Part shown: positions 55,140 through 64,000 of the stretch, in pieces | Layout: each line of letters begins with the position of its first letter | Numbering within the stretch: the stretch's first letter is position 1 | Source: a bacterium | GTDB lineage: Bacteria; SZUA-182; SZUA-191; JAJRXT01 | Length of the DNA stretch: 64,000 nucleotides | Reading direction: 5' to 3' | NCBI GenBank assembly: GCA_024276125.1 | Contig: JAJRXT010000085.1 | Coordinates: 20,580-84,579, forward strand | The notes under the pieces: model-generated | What the model saw: only the letters and a program-made list of their open reading frames with translations | Databases searched by the model: none | What the model was told of the DNA's origin: nothing | Translations under genes and position numbers: made by a program

Positions 55140-57251
55140 CTACCCAACTTGTATCAGCTCCAGCTTATCCTTCCATTTATGTATAAGCGCATCTTTTAAT
55201 AATTTATGCTCAGGTTTGCTAAGGTGCGCATCTTGTTTTAATAAAGCAAAAGCCTCTGTACGGGCGCTCTCTAATAATTTGGCATCGCGTATAATATTTG
55301 CTACTCTAAGATCGGGTAATCCCGATTGACGCGTACCTAGAAATTCCCCGGGACCCCTTATTTTTAAATCCTCTTCGGCAATCATAAATCCGTCGCGAGT
55401 AGAAAGCATGGCGCCTAATCTTTGTTTAGCCTCTTCAGTTATGGGATAGGCGGCCATAAGGCAGCAGTATGATTTTTTATCGCCCCGTCCGACCCTGCCG
55501 CGTAATTGGTGTAATTGAGCCAGACCGAAACGCTCTGCATGTTCTATTACCATAACCGAGGCATTGGGTATATCAATACCCACTTCAATTACTGTGGTGG
55601 AGACCAAAATATTCAATTTATGCGCCTTAAAATCACGCATAATAGCCTCTTTTTCGGCGCCGCTCAAGCGTCCGTGAAGCAGGCCTATCTTAAGATGCGG
55701 GAATATATCCCCCGCTAAGTGATTGGACATATCAGTTGCCGCTTTAAGATTCATTTTTTCAGACTCTTCTATAAGCGGATATACAATATATATCTGCCCT
55801 CCGGCGCTTACCTGCTGATTAATAAATTTATACAGCCGCGACCTATCGCGCTCATAATAGAGTTTGGTATCAACCGGAATGCGCCCGGGCGGCATCTGGT
55901 CAATAACCGATAGGGATAAATCCCCATATACCGTAAGCGCCAAGCTGCGCGGTATAGGGGTGGCCGTCATTACCAGTACATCTGGATATACGCCCTTGCG
56001 CATCAAATTAGCGCGTTGCATTACTCCAAAGCGGTGCTGCTCGTCAATAATTATAAATCCCAGCTTATGAAAATTCACCTTTTTTTGTATAATCGCATGC
56101 GTGCCTATAATTACCTGAGCCTGCCCGCTTGATATAGCCTCGTATACATTTTGTTTTTCCTTGGTTTTTAGATCAGCTTTTAATAATACGCATTCAATAC
56201 TCAATTCATCTAAAAATTTATGTATATTAAAATAATGCTGCTTAGCCAGAATTTCGGTAGGCGCCATAATAGCGGCCTGATATCCAGCCTCTACCGCCCA
56301 TAACAATGACAGTACGGCGACTATGGTTTTTCCGCTGCCAACATCGCCCTGCAACAATCGGTGCATGGGCTGTGGTTTGGACATATCCTCTTTTATTTCA
56401 TCTAATACGCGTATTTGTGCTGTAGTCAGCGTAAAAGGGAGCCGTTTAGCTAAACTCTGCGATAGGGCGCCTTTAGGTTTAAAGGCTATACCGGATTTTA
56501 TTTCAGATAATTTTTGCCTGCGTCCGGCAAGACCCAATTCTAATAAGAAAAATTCTTCAAATACCAATCTACGGTGTCCGGCTGATATACCTTTATTTAA
56601 TTGCTGTATATCAACGCCTTTATCAGGGAAATGAACTTGTCTTACCGCCTTATCTATGGGGATTAAATTGTATTTTTGCCTGATATGAAGCGGCAGAACC
56701 TCGCACATTAAATGGCTGTGTAAATCTATAATAACCTTCATTACGCTTCTTATGGCTTTTTGATTAAATCCTTCTGTAGCCGGATATATGGGTATAATTC
56801 TGCCTATATGGGTTAAATCTTTATCGCCGCTGTTTAGGATTTCATAGGTTGGATGAATTATTTGTTTTCCGCCGAAGGCAAAACGACTGTGTTCCACTGT
56901 CCCGCTTAACATTATACGGACGCCTTTTTTAAATATGCTCTTAAAGTAATTTGCATTAAACTGAAACCACTTAGCGCTCATAATCCCGCTGTCATCGCCA
57001 ATTACCGCCTCAAATATACGCCGTCTCTGTCTAGGTGTGGTTAGCATACCGGTTTGCATAATCTCGCCGATAATGGTATAATTTTCTCCTGCTTTTATTT
57101 GAGAGATTGTTGCAACATTGCCGCGGTCTTCATAGCTGCGCGGTAAAAACAGGCAGGCATCTTCTATGGTATATATTTTAAGGCGGGCAAACATAGCTGC
57201 CCTCTTGGGTCCCACTCCCTTTACATACTGAATAGAGCTATCCAGCTTCAT
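55140..57251 (-). CDS. recG: ATP-dependent DNA helicase RecG
   Basis: KGVGPKR, RLLQGDVGSGKT, DEQHRFGV, MTATPIPRSL, QLHQLRGRVGRG, DL.IRGPGE.LGTRQSG. Confidence 0.98.
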   Translation of the reverse strand: MKLDSSIQYVKGVGPKRAAMFARLKIYTIEDACLFLPRSYEDRGNVATISQIKAGENYTIIGEIMQTGMLTTPRQRRRIFEAVIGDDSGIMSAKWFQFNANYFKSIFKKGVRIMLSGTVEHSRFAFGGKQIIHPTYEILNSGDKDLTHIGRIIPIYPATEGFNQKAIRSVMKVIIDLHSHLMCEVLPLHIRQKYNLIPIDKAVRQVHFPDKGVDIQQLNKGISAGHRRLVFEEFFLLELGLAGRRQKLSEIKSGIAFKPKGALSQSLAKRLPFTLTTAQIRVLDEIKEDMSKPQPMHRLLQGDVGSGKTIVAVLSLLWAVEAGYQAAIMAPTEILAKQHYFNIHKFLDELSIECVLLKADLKTKEKQNVYEAISSGQAQVIIGTHAIIQKKVNFHKLGFIIIDEQHRFGVMQRANLMRKGVYPDVLVMTATPIPRSLALTVYGDLSLSVIDQMPPGRIPVDTKLYYERDRSRLYKFINQQVSAGGQIYIVYPLIEESEKMNLKAATDMSNHLAGDIFPHLKIGLLHGRLSGAEKEAIMRDFKAHKLNILVSTTVIEVGIDIPNASVMVIEHAERFGLAQLHQLRGRVGRGDKKSYCCLMAAYPITEEAKQRLGAMLSTRDGFMIAEEDLKIRGPGEFLGTRQSGLPDLRVANIIRDAKLLESARTEAFALLKQDAHLSKPEHKLLKDALIHKWKDKLELIQVG

Positions 57252-57476
57252 TTATATAAATTCTCCCTATTTCTTTATTGACTGGTTCTGTTTTTTTATC
57301 TACCATTACCATAATGTATTAACCGAATAGATGTCAAATATATTGAGGATTTTTATCCATTCAACAGAGTAAAGCTTACTATGTGTGAGCAAGCTTCTGT
57401 ATGTAGCTGCCGACCTTTAGGTCGGCCTAAGCCGGCGGGTTTAAAAACCTGCCGCTACTTTATAGTATAATAAGCC

Positions 57477-58343
57477 ATGAACAAAAAATTAATAACCCTA
57501 TTTTGTATATTTTCTATATTTTTTATAATACCATACGTTTGCGCCGAATCGGTAAGAAGCAAAGCCAATAAGGCTATTGCGGCATATAAAGGGAAGAAAT
57601 ATCAAAAAGCGCTCTCCGGTTTTATTGATGCGCAAATCGAAGCTCCACAACAGGCGCAATTGGGTTATAATCTGGGAAATACCTATTACCGGTTAGGACA
57701 ATATGACAAAGCAGCGCAAAGTTTTCTAAACAGCGTTACGCTGGCTGAAGATAATATCAAATTAAAATAAAAGTCATTATATAATCTGGGCAACGCCTTA
57801 TTTAAGCAGGGAAAATTGCAAGAGTCTATAAAGACTTATCAGCAAGCTATAAAGCTTGACCCAAAAGATAAAGACGCTAAATCAAATCTGGAATTTGTAA
57901 AAAAAGAGCTAAAACGACGCAAAGAACAGCAGCAAAAGCAGCAGCAATCAAAAGATCATAAACAAGATCATAAACAAGAAAAAGACTCAAAGAACCAAGG
58001 CTCAGACAATCAAGATTCAAATGATAAGGGTTCACAAGCTAAACAAAAAGATAATAAAGAAAAATCAGATAAACAAACAGGAGAATCCTCCAAAAAGCAG
58101 GATGAAAAGCAAAAGCCGTCTTCGCCAAATGATAAACAAGATAAAGCTCAGTCTAAAGAGAAAAACTCTAAGGATGACAAAAATAAGGATAAGGCAAAAA
58201 GTCCCGCCAGGGCGGATAAACAAATGAGCAATGAGGAAGCGCAGCGCTGGCTGGATTCTTTATCTGAGGATAGACGCAAATTCATGAAACAGCAAATGCA
58301 GTCCATGGCCCCGGCACAAGCCGGATCGGATAAGGACTGGTAA
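57477..58343 (+). pseudogene. batC: BatC-like TPR protein split by in-frame TAA (57768-57770)
   Basis: TPRs YNLGNTYY and *KSLYNLGNALFKQG in one frame, a Q/K/D-rich tail, EA.RWL..L, and the C-terminal KDW. Confidence 0.8.
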
Positions 58344-58397
58344 AAACCGCTTGCGATGTGACTATTACTATAGCCAACTGAAACATAGAAAGTCGGT

Positions 58398-58664
58398 ATG
58401 ATAAAAGAAATAGAAATTATTCCTCTAGCTAAGAAAAAGATGTTTAGAAGGGGAGTAAAAGAAATATGGGTTAAAGAGGCTGTTTTAAATGCCGATCAGG
58501 TCGTAGAGGGTTACGGTGGAAGGTTAGTCTCACATAAACTACTGATAATAGAGGGTAAACAAAAGCTATTACGGGTGGTATATGAACAAAATCCTCTATC
58601 CCTGAGAGTTATTACCGCTTATTTAACCTCCCAAATTAAGCGTTATTGGAGGGATGATTTATGA
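58398..58664 (+). CDS. DUF4258-like protein (putative RelE/BrnT-like toxin)
   Basis: AKKKM.RRG, LLRVVYE......VITAY.TS.I.RYW. Confidence 0.75.
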   Translation: MIKEIEIIPLAKKKMFRRGVKEIWVKEAVLNADQVVEGYGGRLVSHKLLIIEGKQKLLRVVYEQNPLSLRVITAYLTSQIKRYWRDDL

Positions 58665-58882
58665 AAATAGAATATGACCCGGCACATGATTTATTAAATC
58701 TTGAATTTCTGTCAGATGTGGCAATTGAAGATTCGGTAGAAATAGATGGTATTATCATTGATTATGCCAAAGACAGGCGAATTGTGGATATTGAAATTCT
58801 GGATGCCAGTAAAAGAACATCCAAGGATCCTGCCCAGCTTATTAATCTGGCTGTTTATCAAAAGACAGCGGTCAATAGTTAA
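58661..58882 (+). CDS. DUF2283-like protein (putative antitoxin)
   Basis: MKIEYDP..D.L.L.F, GIIIDY..D..IV.IEILDASK; ATGA overlap with the upstream gene. Confidence 0.85.
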   Translation: MKIEYDPAHDLLNLEFLSDVAIEDSVEIDGIIIDYAKDRRIVDIEILDASKRTSKDPAQLINLAVYQKTAVNS

Positions 58883-59083
58883 CATATCTGATGTTTATAT
58901 TTCGGGATGTTTCATCCCGACAACATATGTACTTGTCATTCTGAAGGCCGCAGGCCGAAGAATCTCTGTCCCGTATGCGAGTAAGATTCTTCACTCTGTT
59001 CCTCTTCGTTTAGAATGACATGATTAAAACATAGATTATAGAAACATAAAACGTTTTGGACTAAAACACAGCTTAAAAATAAA

Positions 59084-60871
59084 ATGTTACTTAAATCCAA
59101 AAATTTCTTTATTTGTATCTGCCTTGTTTTTTGTATGATAACAGCGGTATCTGCCGCTGATATAAGGCTTTCAGCCTCTATTGACAAGAACAAGGGAACA
59201 GTTGAAGATACATTTTTATTAACCATTACAGTCTCCGGTACGCGTTCTGCCAGCAGACCGGTGGTGCCGCCGGTAGATGGTTTGAATATACAATATACAG
59301 GCAGCTCGTCTCAGGTAAAAATCATAAATTCATCTATGACCAGCAGTGTAAGCTATAATTTTGTTATTTTTCCGGTAAGAGTCGGCGATTTTACCATAGG
59401 TCCAGCTTATATGGACCATAGCGGCAAAAGAATAAAAACCCAGCCTGTTAAAATAAAAGTAGTATCGCCAAAAGAGCAATATCACGAAGATGAAGCGCTC
59501 TTTTTTAAAGCCCAAATATCCAATCCCAATCCCTATTATAACCAGCAGATTATTTATACATTACTATTCGGTCGTCGCGTGGAGATAGCCGGCGCTAAAT
59601 TGGATGATGTGCAATTTAAGGATTTTTGGGTGGAAGAATTGGATAAACAAAACCAATATTACCAAGTTATAGGCGGAGAAAAATATAAGATAACCGAAGT
59701 AAAAATGGCGCTGTTTCCAAGTAAAGAGGGCAAATTAACCATTGAGCCGGCGGCGCTGCGTTGTGAAGTCGTAGTAAAAAGTTCCCGAAGACGTCCTCAT
59801 TTATTCAATGATTTTTTCGATGACCCGTTTTTCTCCAGAAAGCGTACTACAGTAAAGATATTGCGTTCAAATCCACTGGAAATAAACGTAAAACCGCTTC
59901 CTGAAATTGGAAAACCGCAAGATTTTTATCCCTTAGTCGGCAAAATAAAACTTAATACAGATATTTCAAAAACCAACTTAAAGCAGGGAGAGTCTACGAC
60001 TATCACCCTGGAAATCATAGGGGATGCCAATATACGCGATGCCAGGCTGAGCTTACCCGATAATCTGGATAACTTTAAGATTTATGACGACAAACCAATT
60101 GTAAATATTTTAGAAAAGGAAAACATCGTTATAGGGCAAAAAACATTTAAAAAGGCTATCGTCCCTCAGGCCTCTGGCAGCATAAACCTGCCTGACTTTA
60201 AAGTGGCTTACTTTGACCCTCAGGATAAAAAGTATAAATTTGCTAAAACTCCGGCCATTAAATTAAATGTAACCAAATCAAAAGAAGAGGAAAAATTACA
60301 TTCTATCGGCCTATCTGCCGGCCCTGCGGTGGAAAAGGAAAATATAAAAGTTTTGGCGCATGATATTATACCTATCTACACGGAATTAAATGCCTTGGAA
60401 GATCAAAGCGTTAAAGGCAGGGAATCCATATTGTACGTTGTTTTATTTTTAGCGCCCGGTATTTTATTTTTGATTGTCTGTTCATTAAAATGGTATAAAG
60501 GCAAGCAGGTTGCACAAAGCGATTTATTAAGGCGGAAAAACGCATATAAAAATGCAGTTAAGAGTTTTAAAGGGCTTGATTTACTGCTAAAAGATAATAA
60601 ATGCGCAGAATTTTACGCTCAACTGGCTAATATAACCAAACAATATCTGGGAGATAAACTGGGGCTTGCCGGTATGTCGCTTACCCCGCAGGAAATTCAA
60701 GCAAAACTAAAAGCCGCCAATCTGCCGCAGGATATAATATCAAATATAGGCAAACTAATGCAAGAATGCGAGTTCTGTCAATTCGCATCCAATAAAAGCA
60801 ATCAAAACGAATGCAAAACCGTATATAAAAATATGTCAAACCTATTAAAACAATTGGATAACTTATTGTAA
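59084..60871 (+). CDS. batD: BatD family protein
   Basis: Signal peptide, repeated Ig-like BatD domains, LEINVKPLP...KP, GES.T.T..I.G.AN, C-terminal TM and 'CE..QFA' helix. Confidence 0.88.
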   Translation: MLLKSKNFFICICLVFCMITAVSAADIRLSASIDKNKGTVEDTFLLTITVSGTRSASRPVVPPVDGLNIQYTGSSSQVKIINSSMTSSVSYNFVIFPVRVGDFTIGPAYMDHSGKRIKTQPVKIKVVSPKEQYHEDEALFFKAQISNPNPYYNQQIIYTLLFGRRVEIAGAKLDDVQFKDFWVEELDKQNQYYQVIGGEKYKITEVKMALFPSKEGKLTIEPAALRCEVVVKSSRRRPHLFNDFFDDPFFSRKRTTVKILRSNPLEINVKPLPEIGKPQDFYPLVGKIKLNTDISKTNLKQGESTTITLEIIGDANIRDARLSLPDNLDNFKIYDDKPIVNILEKENIVIGQKTFKKAIVPQASGSINLPDFKVAYFDPQDKKYKFAKTPAIKLNVTKSKEEEKLHSIGLSAGPAVEKENIKVLAHDIIPIYTELNALEDQSVKGRESILYVVLFLAPGILFLIVCSLKWYKGKQVAQSDLLRRKNAYKNAVKSFKGLDLLLKDNKCAEFYAQLANITKQYLGDKLGLAGMSLTPQEIQAKLKAANLPQDIISNIGKLMQECEFCQFASNKSNQNECKTVYKNMSNLLKQLDNLL

Positions 60872-61089
60872 AAGACAAAACCTTGAGGAACCCTTTTTGA
60901 AAAAAGTGTTCCTCAAACTCCTCCCAAAAACTTTCAATCTAAAGGAATTTGGCTGGCGGCACAATAAGATCAGCTATAAATATTGCGATAAGATAATATG
61001 TGCCGCCAGCCAAATTCCTTGAATTAAAGTTCTTAGGAAGGGGGTTTGGGGGATAACCCTTCTTTCAAGAAGGGTTTCCCCCAAGGTTT
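60866..61089. repeat. About 220-bp multi-hairpin MITE/REPIN-like element, copy 2
   Basis: Reverse complement of 19474-19696. Confidence 0.85.
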
Positions 61090-61133
61090 ACTCTTTTGCG
61101 ATAAAGTAAGTCCATTATTAAGGTGATTGTTTT

Positions 61134-61907
61134 ATGTATAGATATGTTAAGTTAATAATATTAAGTTTGCTTATTTGCTTAGCCGCTGGGATGCCGGTAT
61201 ATGCCGCAGGCGGCGAGTTAACCAAGGACAGTATATCCTTATTTATAAAGGCTAATGAGGCATATAATAAAGCTGAATATAAAAAAGCCGCCGGTTTATA
61301 TGAAAATATAATAAAAACCGTACAAAACGGATATCTTTTTTTCAATTTGGGTAATTGTTATTTAAAGAGCGGTCAATTGGGAAAGGCTGTATTAAATTAT
61401 AAAAAAGCGCAAAAACTCATCCCTGAGTTTGAGGATTTAAACAGCAATTTAGATTATGCCCGCGGGCAGACTAAGGATAAAATTGAAAACAAAGATTATT
61501 TTCAAATGCTTGGAGGGCTTTTTTTCTGGCATTATTTTTTTAATTTACAAAAATCGCTGATAATCTTTTTAGCGCTTAATTTCTTGTTATTCTTAATACT
61601 GGGTATTTTATTATTTTACCCTAAGGGAGTATTTAAGTGGTTTTTAATCATTATATCAGTTTTATATCTTTGTATCGGCAGTTCTGCATTAGTAAAGATT
61701 TATGGGAATTATTATGTTAAAGAAGGGGTAGTTACCGCTCCGGAAATAGAGATAAGATCTGGCGATGCGATTAATAACGTGGTTTTATTTAAACTGCATG
61801 AGGGTACTGAAGTTTTGGTACAGCAGGCGCGCGGAAACTGGCTTAAGGTAAAAATAGCCGACGGTAAAAAGGGCTGGACGCAGATATCTGGAGTAGATAC
61901 GATTTAG
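61134..61907 (+). CDS. batE: BatE-like TPR + SH3 protein
   Basis: FNLGN.Y.K.G.LGKA.LNY.KA..L.P, two TMs, LF.LHEGT.V......W......DGK.GW. Confidence 0.88.
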   Translation: MYRYVKLIILSLLICLAAGMPVYAAGGELTKDSISLFIKANEAYNKAEYKKAAGLYENIIKTVQNGYLFFNLGNCYLKSGQLGKAVLNYKKAQKLIPEFEDLNSNLDYARGQTKDKIENKDYFQMLGGLFFWHYFFNLQKSLIIFLALNFLLFLILGILLFYPKGVFKWFLIIISVLYLCIGSSALVKIYGNYYVKEGVVTAPEIEIRSGDAINNVVLFKLHEGTEVLVQQARGNWLKVKIADGKKGWTQISGVDTI

Positions 61908-62110
61908 GTATGTTCTGTGTTGATGTTTAGCTTATTTGTACTCCGCATGTTCTAGTTGTCATTCTGAAGCCGGAGGCCGGAGAATCTAGTACAGCGTTTT
62001 ATAATAGTTCGGTTTATCTTTGCTGTCACCCTAGAGCGAAGCGAAGGGTCTGCTCACGTAGGTTGTAGATTCTTCACTGCGCTTACGCTTCATTCAGAAT
62101 GACAGCTTCC

Positions 62111-64000
62111 TTAAGTCACCTGTACTCCGGGACCGGTTATAGCGCTTTTTCCGCCTGATATCGGGCTTATATTTATCTGTGTACTGATTCGCTCTTTTAG
62201 CGCTGCAACGTGCGAGATTATACCAATCAGTTTTTCGTCCTGCTGTAATCCCGCCAGTGTATTTAAGGCCGTATCCAATGCGTCCTCATCCAAGGTACCG
62301 AATCCTTCGTCAAGAAACAGCGAATCAACCCGCACCCTGCGGCTGGCCATTTTTGAAAGCCCTAATGCCAAAGAAAGACTGACAATAAAGCTTTCTCCGC
62401 CCGATAAATTTTTTGTAGAGCGGATTTCATCGTCTTGATAATTATCAATTACATTTATTTCAAGCGGTTCTTTTTTATCGCGAATAAGCAGGTAGCGGTC
62501 GGTCATTTTTGCAAGCTGTCTATTGGCATGAGATACCATTAGTTCAAAGGTAAGCCCTTGAGCGAAATTCCTATATTTTTTACCGTCAGCAGAGCCAATA
62601 AGAGCATGAAGCCTATCCCATCTGCTATACTCTTTTTGTTGAGCGTCAATTAACGCTTGCTGTTCCTTGATTTTATTTTTAGCCGTATTGTTATCATTTA
62701 ATTTTTGATTCAGTCCGCCGATTTCATCTCTAAGTTTTTTTAAGGACTCTTCGAGTTCCTTTTGGCTGGGTGTCAGCTCTTTTAATGAATGTTCAGTAAT
62801 CTTTTTGTTAAGCTCATAATTTAAACGCTCTTGCCGGTCATTTTTCAGCGCCTGTATTTCCGCCTGTTTATTATCAAGCTGTCTTGCACGGGCGTTTAAT
62901 TTATTCCGCTCATCAGCAGACAATTGAGCCAAAATAAATGCTTGCTCATCGGTAAAACCAGCCTTGTTCAGACTGATAATAAAATCCGTCTCTAAAACCT
63001 TAAGCTCCGGCGTTCTTTTAGCGATAGTATCTTTTAATGAATTAATACGAATGTTTACTGAGTTAAGTTGTTGCTTGGCCTTATCGTATTCATTGCGGGC
63101 ATCTTTTTCTGCTTGTTGTGCATCAGAAATTAATGTTTCTAAACGAGCTTCTTCAGAATCCGGTTTTTTTGATCCGAACAATTCACAGCGTCTAGTAATT
63201 TGATCGGTATATTCTTTTTTGAGCAGATCAAGCGCTTTTTGTTTATCGCTTAAAGATTGACTATGAGTATCAATAACAGCGTCAAGCTCTCTTATTTTTG
63301 CATTTAAATCACTAATTTGTTTTTCGATTTTTTCTTTTTTACGTTGTTTATTCTGCCATTTTTTAAGCCTGTCATTAAGCGAATCCAAAATACAAGTAAC
63401 CTTATCTTCAGCAATATCATTAAAACCAAAGGGCTGCAATTGGGATAAAGCGGCTGTTTTTAGTTTTACAAAGCGTTCGGTAAATCCTGTAAGCTCATCA
63501 GTCAGCCTTTTAAGGTTTTTTTCGGCATTTTCTTTTTCATGTACGGCTTTTGTAGTATGTTTTTCGGCTTCAGCCAACTTATCAGCAATGCGTTTTTCCT
63601 TTATTTCCAGCAGGTTAATGCTATTTTCCATAGTATCTGCTTTATTTATTAATTCAGTAAGGCTGTTTATCTTTTTTTCAGTCTTATCCATTTCAGGTAC
63701 ATTACCCTGTGCATATGGATGCTCTATTGACCCGCATAATGGACACGGCATGCCGTCTGCAAGTTTATTTCTCTCAGCTCCAAGATCGGAAATTTTACGT
63801 AAGAAAACCATCTCCCGCAGTAATGAGTCTTTTTCAGCGCGATATTCACGAAGCAGGCGACCTTCTAAAATACTGTTTAACTCATTTTTTTAAGGGCAAT
63901 CTGATTATGTGCGTCTGTTAGTTTCTGTTTACAGGTTGTTAATTTCTTATTACAAGCAGTGAGATTTTTTGAAGCGGATTTAAATTGCTTTTCCGCTTCT
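62111..64000 (-). CDS. sbcC: SbcC exonuclease subunit, C-terminal part (5'-partial; frameshift at T7 run 63885-63891)
   Basis: PCPLCGS.EHP zinc hook, coiled coil, LIGSADG.KYR.FAQ, NLSGGESF, LFLDEGFGTLD, IISHV. Confidence 0.92.

Noticed and set aside
8259-57770. Alternative genetic code (TAG/TAA reassigned)
   Set aside because: TAG and TAA end many genes at their expected C-termini, the internal stops appear to replace different residues, and frameshifts co-occur. Kept only as a low-probability alternative.
17752-59226. Short intergenic ORF-track calls (17752, 22635, 25024, 36232, 37772, 43794, 44174, 53670, 55042, 58746, 58936)
   Set aside because: They overlap REP/MITE elements, leaders or real genes on the other strand, and lack protein-like motifs.
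16700-62110. Dispersed repeats as a CRISPR array
   Set aside because: No regularly spaced direct repeats with unique spacers and no cas genes; the repeats are palindromic and scattered.

Overview
Bacterial, AT-rich chromosomal window, annotated by eye without database searches. (1) <1-16707: one giant (>5,500 aa) beta-helix/discoidin/LamG/FN3 surface protein, broken by an in-frame TAG and a +1 frameshift. (2) 19.9-21.8 kb: an SmtB/CadC-regulated metal efflux operon with two operator boxes. (3) tRNA-Leu(CAA), a pentapeptide-repeat gene, a large membrane-protein gene with two internal stops, a lytic transglycosylase, two VWA genes and a PLP aminotransferase. (4) 38.3-44.7 kb, the most interesting part: a minus-strand metal-handling locus resembling ferrosome (fez) clusters. 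It has three small DUF5132/FezA-like proteins and a P1B-ATPase whose N-terminus is fused to a translation initiation factor IF3 N-terminal domain. It also has an orphan CbiO-like ATPase, a PHA-granule-region-like protein, CooT, and an unannotated His-rich 54-aa peptide behind a long leader with an intrinsic terminator. (5) A glycosylation cluster, GIY-YIG, DksA/TraR, a deoxyhypusine-synthase-like gene, rfaE2, bioC, recG, batCDE with an inserted DUF4258/DUF2283 pair, and sbcC. Intergenic regions hold several REP/MITE families, and one palindrome sits in frame inside a gene. Seven single-base disruptions occur in otherwise intact genes; sequence error or recent pseudogenisation is more likely than recoding.
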